The notes under the pieces: model-generated | What the model saw: the letters and a program-made list of their open reading frames with translations, nothing else | What the model was told of the DNA's origin: nothing | Database searches by the model: none | Shown here: positions 33,189 to 43,504 of the stretch, piece by piece | Layout of the letters: each line of letters begins with the position of its first letter | How positions within the stretch are numbered: the stretch's first letter is position 1 | Made by a program: the position numbers and the translations under genes | DNA from: Trueperaceae bacterium | GTDB taxonomy: Bacteria > Deinococcota > Deinococci > Deinococcales > Trueperaceae | Assembly: GCA_035703635.1 (NCBI GenBank) | Contig: DASSXV010000015.1 | Coordinates: 1-54,211, forward strand | Length of the DNA: 54,211 nucleotides | Direction: 5' to 3'

Positions 33189-34883
33189 ATGCCAACCGGC
33201 CCAGACCAGCCACATCATCAGCGCCACAGCGCTGTGACGACACAAGGTGACCAACGAGCACCCAACCGCGCCATGCTTCGCGCGGTAGGTTTCAAAGACG
33301 GCGATTTCGACAAGCCCATCATCGGCATCGCCAACGGCCATAGCACGATCACGCCGTGCAACTCCGGCCTCGGCGCCTTAGCCGAAACGGCCGACGCCGC
33401 CGTCCGTGAAGCCGGCGGCATGCCGCAACTCTTCGGCACCATCACCATCTCTGACGGCATCTCCATGGGTACTGAGGGGATGAAGTGCTCGTTGGTGTCG
33501 CGCGAGGTCATCGCGGACAGCATCGAGACCGTCGGGCGCGGTCAGAGCATGGACGGCATGCTCGTCGTCGGCGGTTGCGACAAGAACATGCCTGGCGGTT
33601 TGATCGCCCTCGCGCGCCTCAACATCCCCAGCATCTACGTGTACGGCGGCACCATCAAGCCCGGGCACTTGGACGGCAAGGACCTCACGATCGTCAGCGT
33701 CTTCGAGGCGGTTGGCGCGCGTGCGGCTGGCCGCATGGACCTGCCGACCTTCAACGCGGTAGAGCGCGCTGCCTGCCCTGGCGCCGGCTCCTGCGGTGGC
33801 ATGTACACGGCCAACACCATGTCCGCGGCCATCGAGGCCATGGGGATGGGCCTACCCTTCTCGGCCACCATGGCGGCCGTTGACGACGAAAAGAACGTCA
33901 GCGCGGCCGAAAGCGGACGCGCACTCGTCAAGCTCGTCGAACAGAACATCACGCCGCGCGACATCATGACGCGCGAGGCGTTCGAGAACGCCATCCGCGT
34001 GATCATGGCGGTCGGCGGCAGCACTAACGCCGTGCTGCACCTGCTCGCCGTCGCACACGCCATGGACGTGCCCCTCACCATCGACGACTTCGAGGAGCTA
34101 CGCCGCACCACCCCCGTGCTGTGCGACCTCAAGCCGTCCGGCCAGTACGTCGCCACCGACCTGAACGCCGTCGGCGGCATCCCGCTCATCATGCGGATGT
34201 TGCTCGATGCGGGCCTGCTCCACGGCGACTGCATGACGTGCACGGGCAAGACCGTCGCCGAGAACCTCGCGAACGTGCCCGGCAGCCCACCGTTCGGCCA
34301 GGACGTGGTTCACCCGTTCGATAAGCCGCTCTACCCGCACGGTCACCTCAACGTGTTGCGCGGCAACCTAGCGCCGGAGGGCGCCGTCGCCAAAACGACC
34401 GGCCTTACGCACTCGAGCATCACGGGCCCAGCGCGCGTGTTCGAGAGCGAGGAGGACTGCCTCGAGGCCATCCTCACCGACAAGATCAAGGCTGGAGACG
34501 TTATCGTCATCCGCTACGAGGGTCCGAAGGGCGGACCCGGCATGCGCGAGATGCTCTCCCCTACCAGCGCCATCATCGGCCGGGGGTTAGGCGACTCCGT
34601 CGGCCTCATCACCGACGGGCGCTTCTCGGGCGGCACGTACGGCTTCGTCGTCGGGCACGTCGCGCCGGAAGCCGCGGTCGGCGGACCGATCGCGCTGGTG
34701 CATGAGGGCGACATCATCACCATCGACTCGGAGCACAACCTCATCCAGCTCGAGGTGGACTCGGCCGAGTTGGCTCGTAGGGGCGCAGCCTGGACCCCGC
34801 CGCCTCCCCGCTACCAGCGTGGGGTGCTCGCCAAGTACGCCAAGCAGGTGTCGAGCGCTTCGCTCGGCGCGGTCACGGACTGA
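33189..34883 (+). CDS. ilvD: dihydroxy-acid dehydratase
   Basis: [66 protein letters not shown]. Confidence 0.98.
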   Translation: MPTGPDQPHHQRHSAVTTQGDQRAPNRAMLRAVGFKDGDFDKPIIGIANGHSTITPCNSGLGALAETADAAVREAGGMPQLFGTITISDGISMGTEGMKCSLVSREVIADSIETVGRGQSMDGMLVVGGCDKNMPGGLIALARLNIPSIYVYGGTIKPGHLDGKDLTIVSVFEAVGARAAGRMDLPTFNAVERAACPGAGSCGGMYTANTMSAAIEAMGMGLPFSATMAAVDDEKNVSAAESGRALVKLVEQNITPRDIMTREAFENAIRVIMAVGGSTNAVLHLLAVAHAMDVPLTIDDFEELRRTTPVLCDLKPSGQYVATDLNAVGGIPLIMRMLLDAGLLHGDCMTCTGKTVAENLANVPGSPPFGQDVVHPFDKPLYPHGHLNVLRGNLAPEGAVAKTTGLTHSSITGPARVFESEEDCLEAILTDKIKAGDVIVIRYEGPKGGPGMREMLSPTSAIIGRGLGDSVGLITDGRFSGGTYGFVVGHVAPEAAVGGPIALVHEGDIITIDSEHNLIQLEVDSAELARRGAAWTPPPPRYQRGVLAKYAKQVSSASLGAVTD

Positions 34884-34915
34884 AGCGCCTAACCGCCGAA
34901 GGGAAGGCAGAACCG

Positions 34916-35686
34916 ATGCGGGTCACGATCTTCAACGAGTACCTCCACGAGGTGGAGAGCGACGTGGTGCACGCCATCTACCCCGAGGGCATCCACGCGG
35001 TCCTAGGTGAGGCCATCACGCGCCTCGCGGGCGCGGACGTTAGCTACGCCACCTTGCGCGAGGACGAGCACGGCCTTACTCAGCAAGTCATCGACGCCAC
35101 GGACGTGCTCTTCTGGTGGGGCCACAAAGCCCACGACCAGGTAGCGGATGCGGTGGTCGAGCGCGTGCAGCGCGCCGTTCTAGGAGGCATGGGCCTCGTC
35201 GCGTTGCACTCGGCGCACTACTCGAAGCCGTTCCAGAAGCTGCTCGGCACGAACGCCTCGCTGCGGTGGCGGGAGGCTGACGAGAAAGAGCGGTTATGGA
35301 ACTTGCAACCGTCCCACCCGCTCATGGCTGGCGTGCCCGACTACTTCGAGCTGGAGCGCGAGGAGATGTACGGCGAACGCTTCGACGTGCCTGACCCCGA
35401 CGAGCTCCTCATGCTCTCGTGGTTCCAGGGCGGCGACGTGTTCCGCAGCCTGGCGACGTGGCGCCGCGGTCACGGCACCGTCGTGTACTTCCGCCCTGGC
35501 CACGAGACCTACCCCACCTACTACGACCCCAACGTGCAGCGCGTGATCGCCAACGCCGCCGGTTACGCGGCGGCGCGCGTGCGGCGCCCAGACGTCGGCA
35601 GTCCAGAGGCTGAGCCGCTCGAGCCCGTGCCCAACGCAGGCAAGGAGCACATCCTGCGGGTGACGTTGGGAGAGGGCGAAGCGTGA
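34916..35686 (+). CDS. ThuA-domain protein
   Basis: YPEGIH, EHGL, WWGH.AH, LHSAH.SK.F, EEMYGE.F, FRPGHETYPTY. Confidence 0.9.
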   Translation: MRVTIFNEYLHEVESDVVHAIYPEGIHAVLGEAITRLAGADVSYATLREDEHGLTQQVIDATDVLFWWGHKAHDQVADAVVERVQRAVLGGMGLVALHSAHYSKPFQKLLGTNASLRWREADEKERLWNLQPSHPLMAGVPDYFELEREEMYGERFDVPDPDELLMLSWFQGGDVFRSLATWRRGHGTVVYFRPGHETYPTYYDPNVQRVIANAAGYAAARVRRPDVGSPEAEPLEPVPNAGKEHILRVTLGEGEA

Positions 35687-36723
35687 GCAAGGGCGGAACG
35701 GGGCGGCAGCTACGCGCCGCCATCATCGGCGCTGGCGGCATCTCGAGCAACCACCATGACGGTTACTTGGCGGCCGGTGTAGACGTCGTCGCCATCTGCG
35801 ACCCCGTGCAGGAAGCACTAGCTACCAGGGCACGCGCATGGAACGTCGAGCGCGCCTATCAAGACTTCGAGGCCATGTTCGCCGCTGGCGGCTTCGACGT
35901 CGTGAGCATCGCGGCGCCAACCTCCGTGCACCATCCCGCCACGCTGGCCGCAGCAGCGGCCGGAGTTCACGTCCTCGTCGAGAAGCCGATGGCGCTTGAC
36001 TTGCGCCTCGCCGACGAGATGATCGCAGCGTGCGCCGCCGCTGGCGTCGTGCTGATGGTGAACCACCAACTCCGCTCGAGCGGGCCAGGGCGCAAGGCGC
36101 GCGAGCTGATAGACGCTGGCGTGATCGGCAACGTTACGCACGTGCGACTGCGCCAGGCGCACGACTGGGGCGGCCACGGCGTGCGCCCGTCGTTCACGAC
36201 CAAGGCGTCCGCTGGCGGGGGCACGCTGCTTGACAACGGTTGCCACTTGGCCGACCTGGCGCGCTTCTTCGGCGGCAGCGTTAGGGAGGTGTACGCCCGC
36301 ATGGCCACCCTGAAGTACCCAGTCGAGGTCGAAGACACCGCCCACGTGAGCATGGTCTACGGGGACGGGTCGTTGGGCCTCATTGAGGCTGCCTGGACCG
36401 CGACGGGTTGGGAGGAGGGCTTCTGGGTATACGGCACGGAGGGCGCGCTCGAGTGCACCAACCGTTACGGGCCGCAGAACCTACGGCACCTCTACCGCGC
36501 GTCGCCGGGCAGCGACTGGGACCGCACGGACCTGACGACCTACGAGTTCACCGGCGCGCATTCACACACGCGCCACGTTCTAGCGTTCGTAGCGGCCGTG
36601 CTAGGTCAGGCGCCGGTGCCGTGCACGGGTGAGGATGGGCGTGAGGCTGTGCGCCTCATCCTCGCCGCCTACGCCTCCGCTGGGCGGAACGCGCCCGTCG
36701 CGCTCGCTGATTTCACGGGTTGA
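35683..36723 (+). CDS. Gfo/Idh/MocA-family oxidoreductase
   Basis: IIGAGGI, HVLVEKPMA, GGGTLLDNGCH.AD. Confidence 0.9.
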   Translation: MSKGGTGRQLRAAIIGAGGISSNHHDGYLAAGVDVVAICDPVQEALATRARAWNVERAYQDFEAMFAAGGFDVVSIAAPTSVHHPATLAAAAAGVHVLVEKPMALDLRLADEMIAACAAAGVVLMVNHQLRSSGPGRKARELIDAGVIGNVTHVRLRQAHDWGGHGVRPSFTTKASAGGGTLLDNGCHLADLARFFGGSVREVYARMATLKYPVEVEDTAHVSMVYGDGSLGLIEAAWTATGWEEGFWVYGTEGALECTNRYGPQNLRHLYRASPGSDWDRTDLTTYEFTGAHSHTRHVLAFVAAVLGQAPVPCTGEDGREAVRLILAAYASAGRNAPVALADFTG

Positions 36724-37109
36724 GAATGACGTTCGAGGAGTTCAGCGCCATGGTGAGCGACATGGTAGATGAGATCCCGACCGAGTTCCTTCGCGGTCTT
36801 GGCGGCGTTCACGTGCTGCCCGAAGCGCGGCTGGAACCCGAGTACGAGGACGTCTACCGCATGGGCGAGTACCTCGATCCGGGCGTGCAGGACTTCCTCG
36901 GCGCTGGCGAGGGCCTCGGCCGTCACGTCGCCATCTACTACGGCTCGTTCGAGGCCATCGCGGAGACCGACCCGGACTTCGACTGGGAGGACGAGGCCTG
37001 GGAGACCCTCACCCACGAGCTGCGGCACCACGTCGAGTCGCTAGCCGGCGAAGACTGGTTGGTCCAGGACGACGAGGATAGGGCGCGCGACTTCCACAAG
37101 CGCGGCTGA
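36720..37109 (+). CDS. minimal zincin-like metallopeptidase family protein
   Basis: IYYGSF, TLTHELRHH.E (HExxH); start at TTG 36720 or ATG 36726. Confidence 0.8.
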   Translation: MRMTFEEFSAMVSDMVDEIPTEFLRGLGGVHVLPEARLEPEYEDVYRMGEYLDPGVQDFLGAGEGLGRHVAIYYGSFEAIAETDPDFDWEDEAWETLTHELRHHVESLAGEDWLVQDDEDRARDFHKRG

Positions 37110-37125
37110 CGGGCGGGCCCAACGG

Positions 37126-38013
37126 TTAGAGCGTGGTGTCCGCCCGCACCCACCAGGCGGGTTCGGCCGCGCGCAGGTGTTCGGCTACGCTCGCTGCATG
37201 CTCGGCGTCTCGGGCCACACCGAAACAGGTCGGCCCGCTACCAGACATGAGCGCGCCACGAAGGCCGGCCTCACGCAAGCGCGTTAGGACCCCGCGCAGT
37301 TCTGGGCGCAGGCGCAGAACGCCAGGCTGAAGCGCGTTCGGCCAACCGGGCTCCTCCCCCGCTTCCAGGCGCTCGAGCACGCGCTCGAAGCGTAGCCGCG
37401 GCGTGAAACCGACCAGGCTGGCGTACCCGTCCGCCGCGCTGACGGCGAAGCCCGGGTTCACGAGCACGAGGTCGAGGCGCGGCACCTCCAATGGCGCCAA
37501 GCGCTCTCCTCTGCCCTTCGCGAGGGCGGCGTTGGCAGCTAGGACCATGAACGGCACGTCCGAACCGAGGCCGCGCGCGAGTTCGCCGATGTTCACCGCG
37601 GCAGGCAAGGTGCGCGCGAGCACGCTGAGGACGGCCCCAGCATCGGCAGACCCGCCACCAAGCCCCGCTGCGACCGGAATGCGCTTCGTTAGCGCTACGT
37701 GCAGCGCGACCGCCTGCGCCGCAGGCGCCGCCTGGCGCCTGGCGTTGAGGTAACGGGTGGCTGCGAGGTGAGCGAGGTTATCTGCTCCCCGCGCCAGCTC
37801 GCACGGCGGCAACTCCGGCGCCTCGGAGACAGTGAGGGTCACCTCATCGCGCGCAGACTCCTCCAAGTGAACCTCTACGGCGTCGGCGAGTCCGATGCGT
37901 GCCATGGCCGTCTCTAGCTCGTGGAAGCCGTCGCCACGCCGGGCCAGGACGGCCAGCCCCAAGTTGACCTTGGCGTGAGCGGCTTCGGTGAACGTACCGG
38001 CAGTGAGCGTCAC
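37126..38013 (-). CDS. ispE: 4-diphosphocytidyl-2-C-methyl-D-erythritol kinase
   Basis: AKVNLGL, KRIPVAAGLGGGSADA, LGSDVPF, MSGSG. Confidence 0.95.
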   Translation of the reverse strand: MTLTAGTFTEAAHAKVNLGLAVLARRGDGFHELETAMARIGLADAVEVHLEESARDEVTLTVSEAPELPPCELARGADNLAHLAATRYLNARRQAAPAAQAVALHVALTKRIPVAAGLGGGSADAGAVLSVLARTLPAAVNIGELARGLGSDVPFMVLAANAALAKGRGERLAPLEVPRLDLVLVNPGFAVSAADGYASLVGFTPRLRFERVLERLEAGEEPGWPNALQPGVLRLRPELRGVLTRLREAGLRGALMSGSGPTCFGVARDAEHAASVAEHLRAAEPAWWVRADTTL

Positions 38014-38690
38014 AGGACGGTCTGCTCCTCGCCCTGCCATAACGCCAGGAGGGCTAAGCCGAGCAGGAGATCGTCCGCAGTGGTGACCTTGTGAAGGAAC
38101 GTGCTGCCCTCCACGATGCTGACGCGCACGCCCAGGCGTCTGACGAGTGCAGCGTCGTCCGTTGCTTCCACGCCCGCCGCGAGAGCAGCCTCGTGCGCCG
38201 TGAGGAGCAGCTCGCGTCCGAACCCCTGGGGCGTCTGCACTGCCCGCAGGTCCTCGCGCGGCAGGGTAGTGCCGTCTGCAGTGCTGACGATGGTGTCTGC
38301 CACTGGCAGCGCCGCGGTGGCCGCACCGGACGTTGCCACGGCCGCAAGCACGCGCTCGACGACGACGCGCGGCAGGAACGGCCGTGCGGCGTCGTGAACG
38401 AGCACCACCTCCGCGGTCGTGGCGCGCAGCAAAGCCAGCACCGTCGCCTGCCGCGTAGCGGCCCCAGTCACGACCTGCGCGCGCCCAGCAACCAGAGCGC
38501 TGGCTTCGGCCTCGTAGCCGCGTGGCACGGCGACTATCACCTCGTCGACCGCACCGTGGAGCGCGGCAACGCTGTGTTCGAGCAACGTCGCTGCGCCCAG
38601 CCGCACGAAGGCCTTCGGTCCGCGTCCGAGCCGGGTGCCCGCGCCAGCGGCGGGCACGAGGGCGGCCGAGCGGCCCCTTACCCCACTCAT
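38010..38690 (-). CDS. ispD: 2-C-methyl-D-erythritol 4-phosphate cytidylyltransferase
   Basis: VPAAGAGTRLG, VLVHDAARP, VQTPQGF, TDDA, KVTT..DL. Confidence 0.95.
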   Translation of the reverse strand: MSGVRGRSAALVPAAGAGTRLGRGPKAFVRLGAATLLEHSVAALHGAVDEVIVAVPRGYEAEASALVAGRAQVVTGAATRQATVLALLRATTAEVVLVHDAARPFLPRVVVERVLAAVATSGAATAALPVADTIVSTADGTTLPREDLRAVQTPQGFGRELLLTAHEAALAAGVEATDDAALVRRLGVRVSIVEGSTFLHKVTTADDLLLGLALLALWQGEEQTVL

Positions 38691-39295
38691 GAGCCGCCGC
38701 GCCAGCGCAGCGCCCTGTCGTTGTCGATGCCTAGCAGGTCGAGGGCGCGGCTCGTTATGCCCGCGACGAGCTCGGTGATGCTGTCCGGCAAGTTGTAGAA
38801 GCCTGGGGCGGCAGGCAGCACGACAGCGCCGCCGTCGTGCGCTGCGAGCATGTTGACGAGCAGCGGCCGCGAGTACGGCGCCTCGCGCACGACCAGCACG
38901 AGGGGGCGCCGCTCCTTGATGGTCACGTGAGCAGCACGCGTGATGAGGGTGTCGGCATGACCGTGCGCCACCTTGGCTAGCGTGCCCGCGCTGCAAGGCA
39001 CGATCACCATGCCAGCTGTTCGGTGACTGCCAGAGGCGATGGCCGCGCCGAGGTCACTGTCTTTCTCGACGACGTCAGCCAGTTCCGTCAGGGCCTCCAG
39101 GCCACGCTCGAGTTCCGTAGCCAGCACCTGCTTCGCGCCGTTGCTGACGACCAGCACCGTGCGAACGTCGAGCTGCCGCAAGGTAGCGAGCAGGTCGACG
39201 GCGTAAGGCATGCCGCTAGCGCCGGTAACGCCGACGATGACGGGCCGCTGCGGCGCTCCGCCTAGCAAGGGTTGGTTTGGCCGCTCGTTCGTCAC
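38687..39295 (-). CDS. ubiX: flavin prenyltransferase UbiX
   Basis: GVTGASG, IASGS, PCSAGTL, RAAHV.IKERR, RE.P, PGFY; GTG 39295 with TAGCCT 7 nt upstream. Confidence 0.92.
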   Translation of the reverse strand: MTNERPNQPLLGGAPQRPVIVGVTGASGMPYAVDLLATLRQLDVRTVLVVSNGAKQVLATELERGLEALTELADVVEKDSDLGAAIASGSHRTAGMVIVPCSAGTLAKVAHGHADTLITRAAHVTIKERRPLVLVVREAPYSRPLLVNMLAAHDGGAVVLPAAPGFYNLPDSITELVAGITSRALDLLGIDNDRALRWRGGS

Positions 39296-39386
39296 GTCCA
39301 ACAGGCTAACCCGGCGGCCCTTATACTCGCGGCGTAGGCGCTGCACGGGTGCGATAGCCAGTGGGGCAAGTTGGAGGCAGTCCGCT

Positions 39387-39644
39387 TTGGTCACACGACA
39401 AGAAGCACATGAGCACGAGAGGCGTCAAGCACGACCACCGGCGCCGGGCCTGAAGCTGCGGCGCAGTAGTGACGAGCGGGTGGTAGGAGGCGTGTGCGGC
39501 GGCATCGCCGAGTTCATCGGCGCTAAACCGCGCAACGTGAGGATCATCTACGCGCTGTCGGCGCTGCCTTCGCTTGGCTTCACGCTCGTCGGCTACCTGC
39601 TCCTGTGGCTCCTCATTCCTGCTGCGCCGACTGCTAGCAAGTAG
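39387..39644 (+). CDS. PspC-domain membrane protein
   Basis: LRRS...RVVGGVCGGIAE, Y.LLWLLIP; TTG after GGAGG. Confidence 0.85.
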   Translation: MVTRQEAHEHERRQARPPAPGLKLRRSSDERVVGGVCGGIAEFIGAKPRNVRIIYALSALPSLGFTLVGYLLLWLLIPAAPTASK

Positions 39645-39660
39645 CCAGTGAGGGTGCTTT

Positions 39661-41271
39661 TTAGACGAGCAGCCTCACTGGTGTAGCGATGAGTTCGGCG
39701 ACGCGCGCGAGTAGCCTCGCGCCCTGATCCAACGGCAGGTCGCCGGTGAGGGCAAGCGTGCTGCGGTAGCCGCCGACCTCCGAGTCGTAAAGGATGCGGC
39801 CGAAGGTAACGGCAGGAACGGCTAGGTCAAGGAACGCCTCGTCGACCTCGAGCCCGCTGAGGTCGACGGCGACGACGGCCACCTCGTCCTCTTCTGCGCC
39901 TTGGCCTTCGAGGTCCGTCACCAGGTCAACGAACGCCGTAACGGCCGCGCCATCGACACGGCGCAGGCGAATCTCGCTACCAAGTTCCGCTAGCGCGACA
40001 TGACCGCCGGCTACGCCGACGTCACGCGCTGCCTTGGCCACCGCCCTGAGCAGGAACGGCGCCACAGGTAGCGGCTCTTCTTTACCCAACTCGAGGCCAG
40101 CCGCTAGTTGCGCCGCCGCCAACGCGCTCACGTCGACGTTACGGCGCAACAGGTTGGGAGTGCGCACCAGGGGCAGCACCGACGCGAGGACCGGTACTGG
40201 CTGCTCGTCGACGTCGGCGGCGGCGATCACGGGTGCGGTATCTGAAACGCTTGGCTCGAAGGCAGCGACCTCGTCAAGGAGGGTCTCTTCTTCGTGCGCG
40301 TCGATGTCGACGTCTTCAACACTGTCGGCTGCGACCTCGTACTCGACGCTCGTACCGCCTGGGAACTCGGTGACTGGTTCGGGCTCGGCTGCGTCAAGCC
40401 AGAACTGGTCGTGTGCCGGCGCTCCGACGTCGGCGTCGCTCGTCGCGTCAGCGGCCTGGTCGTAGCCGGTGGGGTTGCTGGCAGGCTCCCAACCGCCCAC
40501 CGCCGCGCCGTCCACTTCGAAGGAAGCAGGGCTGTCTTCGGTGACTGACTCGAACAGCGCCACGTCGCCTGCTGCGGTCGCTTCCTCGGCGTCGGAGGCG
40601 TCCCATAGGTTGGGTGAAGCGCTGACGGGCGCACTTGCCGGTTCGTCGTCAAGCCGCAGGTCACTGCCTGCCCAGCTATCGGCGCTAGGCGCGAAGGCGG
40701 TCCGCTCTTCCGCCTGCTCGACCTCGGCGAACGCTTGCTGCGGCGCGGGCGCTGCCTCTGCGAACAGGTCGTCGTCCGAAACGAGGAGCAGGTCGGCGTC
40801 GTCGGCTACCGAGAACGCGCCTGGGTCCTCCTCGGGCGCCGCTTCGAAGCCGCCACCGATCGCTGGCGCGGTGACCCGCGCCGCGAAGTCGTCCTCGTCG
40901 TCTAGCAGGAACAAGTCTTCCGAAAGCTCGCTGCTAGCAACAGCTTGGTCACTCGTTAGTTGCGCGGCCGCCTCGTCGAGCGCCTCAAGCGCCGGATTGG
41001 CCTCCGGCTCGGAGGCACCTAGGTAGTTGGAGGCGCGAGAATAATTGCCTACCGAGTCCGCACCGACCTCAGTCCACGACTCCATGCCGTCCGGGAGAGG
41101 CTCTGGCGTCGGGTCGATGGCTTCCTCCCCGGCCATCACGCGGGCGAGGTAGACCAGGACATCGTGCTCGACGATCGCACCGTTCTGACCCGAACCGCTC
41201 AGGCGGCGCCAGTCGACGTTGTTCTGTTCGGCCAGACGTCGGGCGAGGTTAGAGATTTCGGGTTCGCTCAC
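39661..41271 (-). CDS. E3-binding-domain protein with long acidic linker and degenerate E2-like C-terminus
   Basis: ISNLARRLAEQNNVDWRRLSGSGQNGAIVEHDV (peripheral subunit-binding domain); GGAGGAG RBS. Confidence 0.75.
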   Translation of the reverse strand: MSEPEISNLARRLAEQNNVDWRRLSGSGQNGAIVEHDVLVYLARVMAGEEAIDPTPEPLPDGMESWTEVGADSVGNYSRASNYLGASEPEANPALEALDEAAAQLTSDQAVASSELSEDLFLLDDEDDFAARVTAPAIGGGFEAAPEEDPGAFSVADDADLLLVSDDDLFAEAAPAPQQAFAEVEQAEERTAFAPSADSWAGSDLRLDDEPASAPVSASPNLWDASDAEEATAAGDVALFESVTEDSPASFEVDGAAVGGWEPASNPTGYDQAADATSDADVGAPAHDQFWLDAAEPEPVTEFPGGTSVEYEVAADSVEDVDIDAHEEETLLDEVAAFEPSVSDTAPVIAAADVDEQPVPVLASVLPLVRTPNLLRRNVDVSALAAAQLAAGLELGKEEPLPVAPFLLRAVAKAARDVGVAGGHVALAELGSEIRLRRVDGAAVTAFVDLVTDLEGQGAEEDEVAVVAVDLSGLEVDEAFLDLAVPAVTFGRILYDSEVGGYRSTLALTGDLPLDQGARLLARVAELIATPVRLLV

Positions 41272-41442
41272 TGGCGCTCCTCCAAGGCGGGCTCACTGAA
41301 TCTGACACTGCACTAGCGACTCCGTGCCGCCATCCAACTAGCGCATGATGAGGAGGAGTATAGCGTGCCAGCCCAACACTAAAGTTCGGCATATTCCACA
41401 ACTAGCGAGCCGTGCAGCCTGACTAGCTGGCGGCGCAGCGCG

Positions 41443-42729
41443 TCAGGGACGCCAAGCCTGGAAGAAGATGTCATCGATGTACGTTTGCAACATGGCGTCC
41501 TGGCCGTAGATGGCCACGCTCGTCGTTACGCTCTGCCCCGCCCCCACCCTGCGGTCGAGGGCCACGCGCTCTCCGCGCTCGTCGCTCACGACGAGCCGCA
41601 ACTGGTACGGCTGCTCAAGGAGGCGCTTGACGCCCATGTTGGTGGGGTCGAACGTGAACGGCACCAGGCGGCTGCCGTCTGCAGGCACTGCGTCCGGCGG
41701 ATTGGAGGCCGCGGGCGCCTGACGCGCTGGCGGCACCGTGCCAGGTTGGGTTGGATTGGGACCGAAGATGTCGAACGAGTTGGACGGCGGGCTGCCATTG
41801 ACGGTGAGGAAGACCGGCGTGCCGGGCACGGTGTAGCCACTCGGCTCGGCCGCGATCACTCCCTCGGGGCGAGCGGGGTCCGTTACGTAAGTGACGGTAC
41901 CTACCTTGAGTTGCGCCGCGGCCAACGCGAGTTGAGCGCGCCACTGCGGTAACCCCACCAGCTCGGGGACCTGGACCGCGGTGCTGGTGGAGAGTGAGTA
42001 GTAGAGCAGCACCGGGGTGCCGGGCGGCACGGCCTCGCCAGCGGCGGGGGTCATCGAAACGACGGCACCAGGCTGCGCGAAAGACACGCTGGATGACAGG
42101 GTCTCGACGCGGCCGAAGCCGAGGCGCGCCAACTGCTGCTTGGCGGCTTCTATGTCTTGGCCGACCAACTCAGGTAGCACGACCGCGCTCCGCTCTGGCC
42201 CTGAGCTGACCACCAGCGTGAGGGCCCCGCCCTCCGCCAGCCGCTGGCCACCCGCCGGGACCTGCTCCACTACGAGCCCGGCGGCCTTGCCGTTGTGCTG
42301 GTACTGGATGGGGCCGAGGGGCAGGTTGAGGTCGGCTGCGCGCGCTAACGCCGCCTTCTCCTGGAGGCCGACGAGGTCCGGCAGGATAGCGGCGGCCGGT
42401 GGCGTGTTGACCCCGAGGTGCACGGTTCGCAACCGCTTCACTACCGCGCCAGGTTGCGGCGACTGCGAGGTGACGGCACCCGCCGGCACGCCCTCTACGT
42501 ACTCGACGAACGTGATGGGGTCGAAGCCGAGGCTACGCAGTTGGCGCGCGGCCTGGTCGTAAGGCATGCCGACTAGGTCGGGGAGCGTCTGCTCGGAGAC
42601 GGAGAAGTAACGGCCAGCGTCGAACACGACGAACACGGTCAGAGCCACGAGCAGGAGGGCGGCGGCAAGGAGCCAACCAACCGCCCTGCGGTTCTGTGGA
42701 CCTGTGCTGGTAGTGGCGGCGCTACTCAC
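41443..42729 (-). CDS. membrane-anchored multi-PASTA protein without kinase or transpeptidase domain
   Basis: N-terminal TM, four (L/V)P(D/E)LVG-initiated repeats, Pro-rich linker, C-terminal domain. Confidence 0.85.
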   Translation of the reverse strand: MSSAATTSTGPQNRRAVGWLLAAALLLVALTVFVVFDAGRYFSVSEQTLPDLVGMPYDQAARQLRSLGFDPITFVEYVEGVPAGAVTSQSPQPGAVVKRLRTVHLGVNTPPAAAILPDLVGLQEKAALARAADLNLPLGPIQYQHNGKAAGLVVEQVPAGGQRLAEGGALTLVVSSGPERSAVVLPELVGQDIEAAKQQLARLGFGRVETLSSSVSFAQPGAVVSMTPAAGEAVPPGTPVLLYYSLSTSTAVQVPELVGLPQWRAQLALAAAQLKVGTVTYVTDPARPEGVIAAEPSGYTVPGTPVFLTVNGSPPSNSFDIFGPNPTQPGTVPPARQAPAASNPPDAVPADGSRLVPFTFDPTNMGVKRLLEQPYQLRLVVSDERGERVALDRRVGAGQSVTTSVAIYGQDAMLQTYIDDIFFQAWRP

Positions 42730-42852
42730 CCCGGAACTGTACCACGGGCGATTACAGGCTGATGAGCGCGGAATACCGTGTCAGACGTGATACCCGGGCC
42801 ACGTAAGTGTGGCTGTCGGTCGCTCTCGCGCGGAGTGGGGCTAGCATGGGGC

Positions 42853-43479
42853 ATGCAGAACGGCCCCGTCGTCATCCCATCGGGCTCCCTCAGCCACTTG
42901 CCCAACGCCGAGGTGGCCGCCGACCAGGAGCTCGCGGCTCTCGCGCGCCTCGTGGCGGCCGGTTACGCCTGGCACGGCATCGCGCTGCCAGCTAGTTTCG
43001 AGGAGCGCTTCTACCGCCTAAATAACCTCCCCCACCAGCTACTCTCCCTCTACCAGGGACTTGACCCAGGCGACCCAGACGAGGACATCGTCGAGGAGGC
43101 GGAGGCCGCGGCCGTGGCGCTCGTCGCCCAGCACTACCTCCTCGATGAGAGCGTCGACCTGATCTACGACTCCCTCACGTGGAACGGCGCAGCCGTGGTG
43201 CGGCGAGCGAGCGCCGGCGAAGGCAAAGCGGTGAGCGGGCGCCGCGGCGTGCTCCTAGCCGTCAAGCAGCTCTACCGCGACGACTGGACGGTCGACGCCG
43301 TCATGGACCGCCTCGCGGCCACCGCGGCCCTCGGGCTCGAGGCGCGCCCAGTGCTCGTCACCACTGCGCCTGAGCGGTTAGACCCACTGCTGTCATCGAG
43401 GGCAAGCAGCACGCTCGGCGTGGCGGTGAAGGCGTGGGTCGACGATGCAGGCGGCCTCACGCGCGTCACTTTCACCTAG
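42853..43479 (+). CDS. hypothetical protein resembling a degenerate PEP-synthase N-terminal domain
   Basis: LARL.AAG...F.R.N.L...AVVRR...LLAVK.LY...W...A...R...PVLV pattern; TAGCAT 5 nt before the ATG. Confidence 0.6.
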   Translation: MQNGPVVIPSGSLSHLPNAEVAADQELAALARLVAAGYAWHGIALPASFEERFYRLNNLPHQLLSLYQGLDPGDPDEDIVEEAEAAAVALVAQHYLLDESVDLIYDSLTWNGAAVVRRASAGEGKAVSGRRGVLLAVKQLYRDDWTVDAVMDRLAATAALGLEARPVLVTTAPERLDPLLSSRASSTLGVAVKAWVDDAGGLTRVTFT

Positions 43480-43504
43480 CCAACTGGCGCCAAGCCGCAC
43501 GGCC

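Noticed and set aside
41276-41362. CTCCTCC complementary to the GGAGGAG SD of the pseudo-E2 gene
   Set aside because: It lies between the TATACT box and the predicted +1, so it is probably not transcribed
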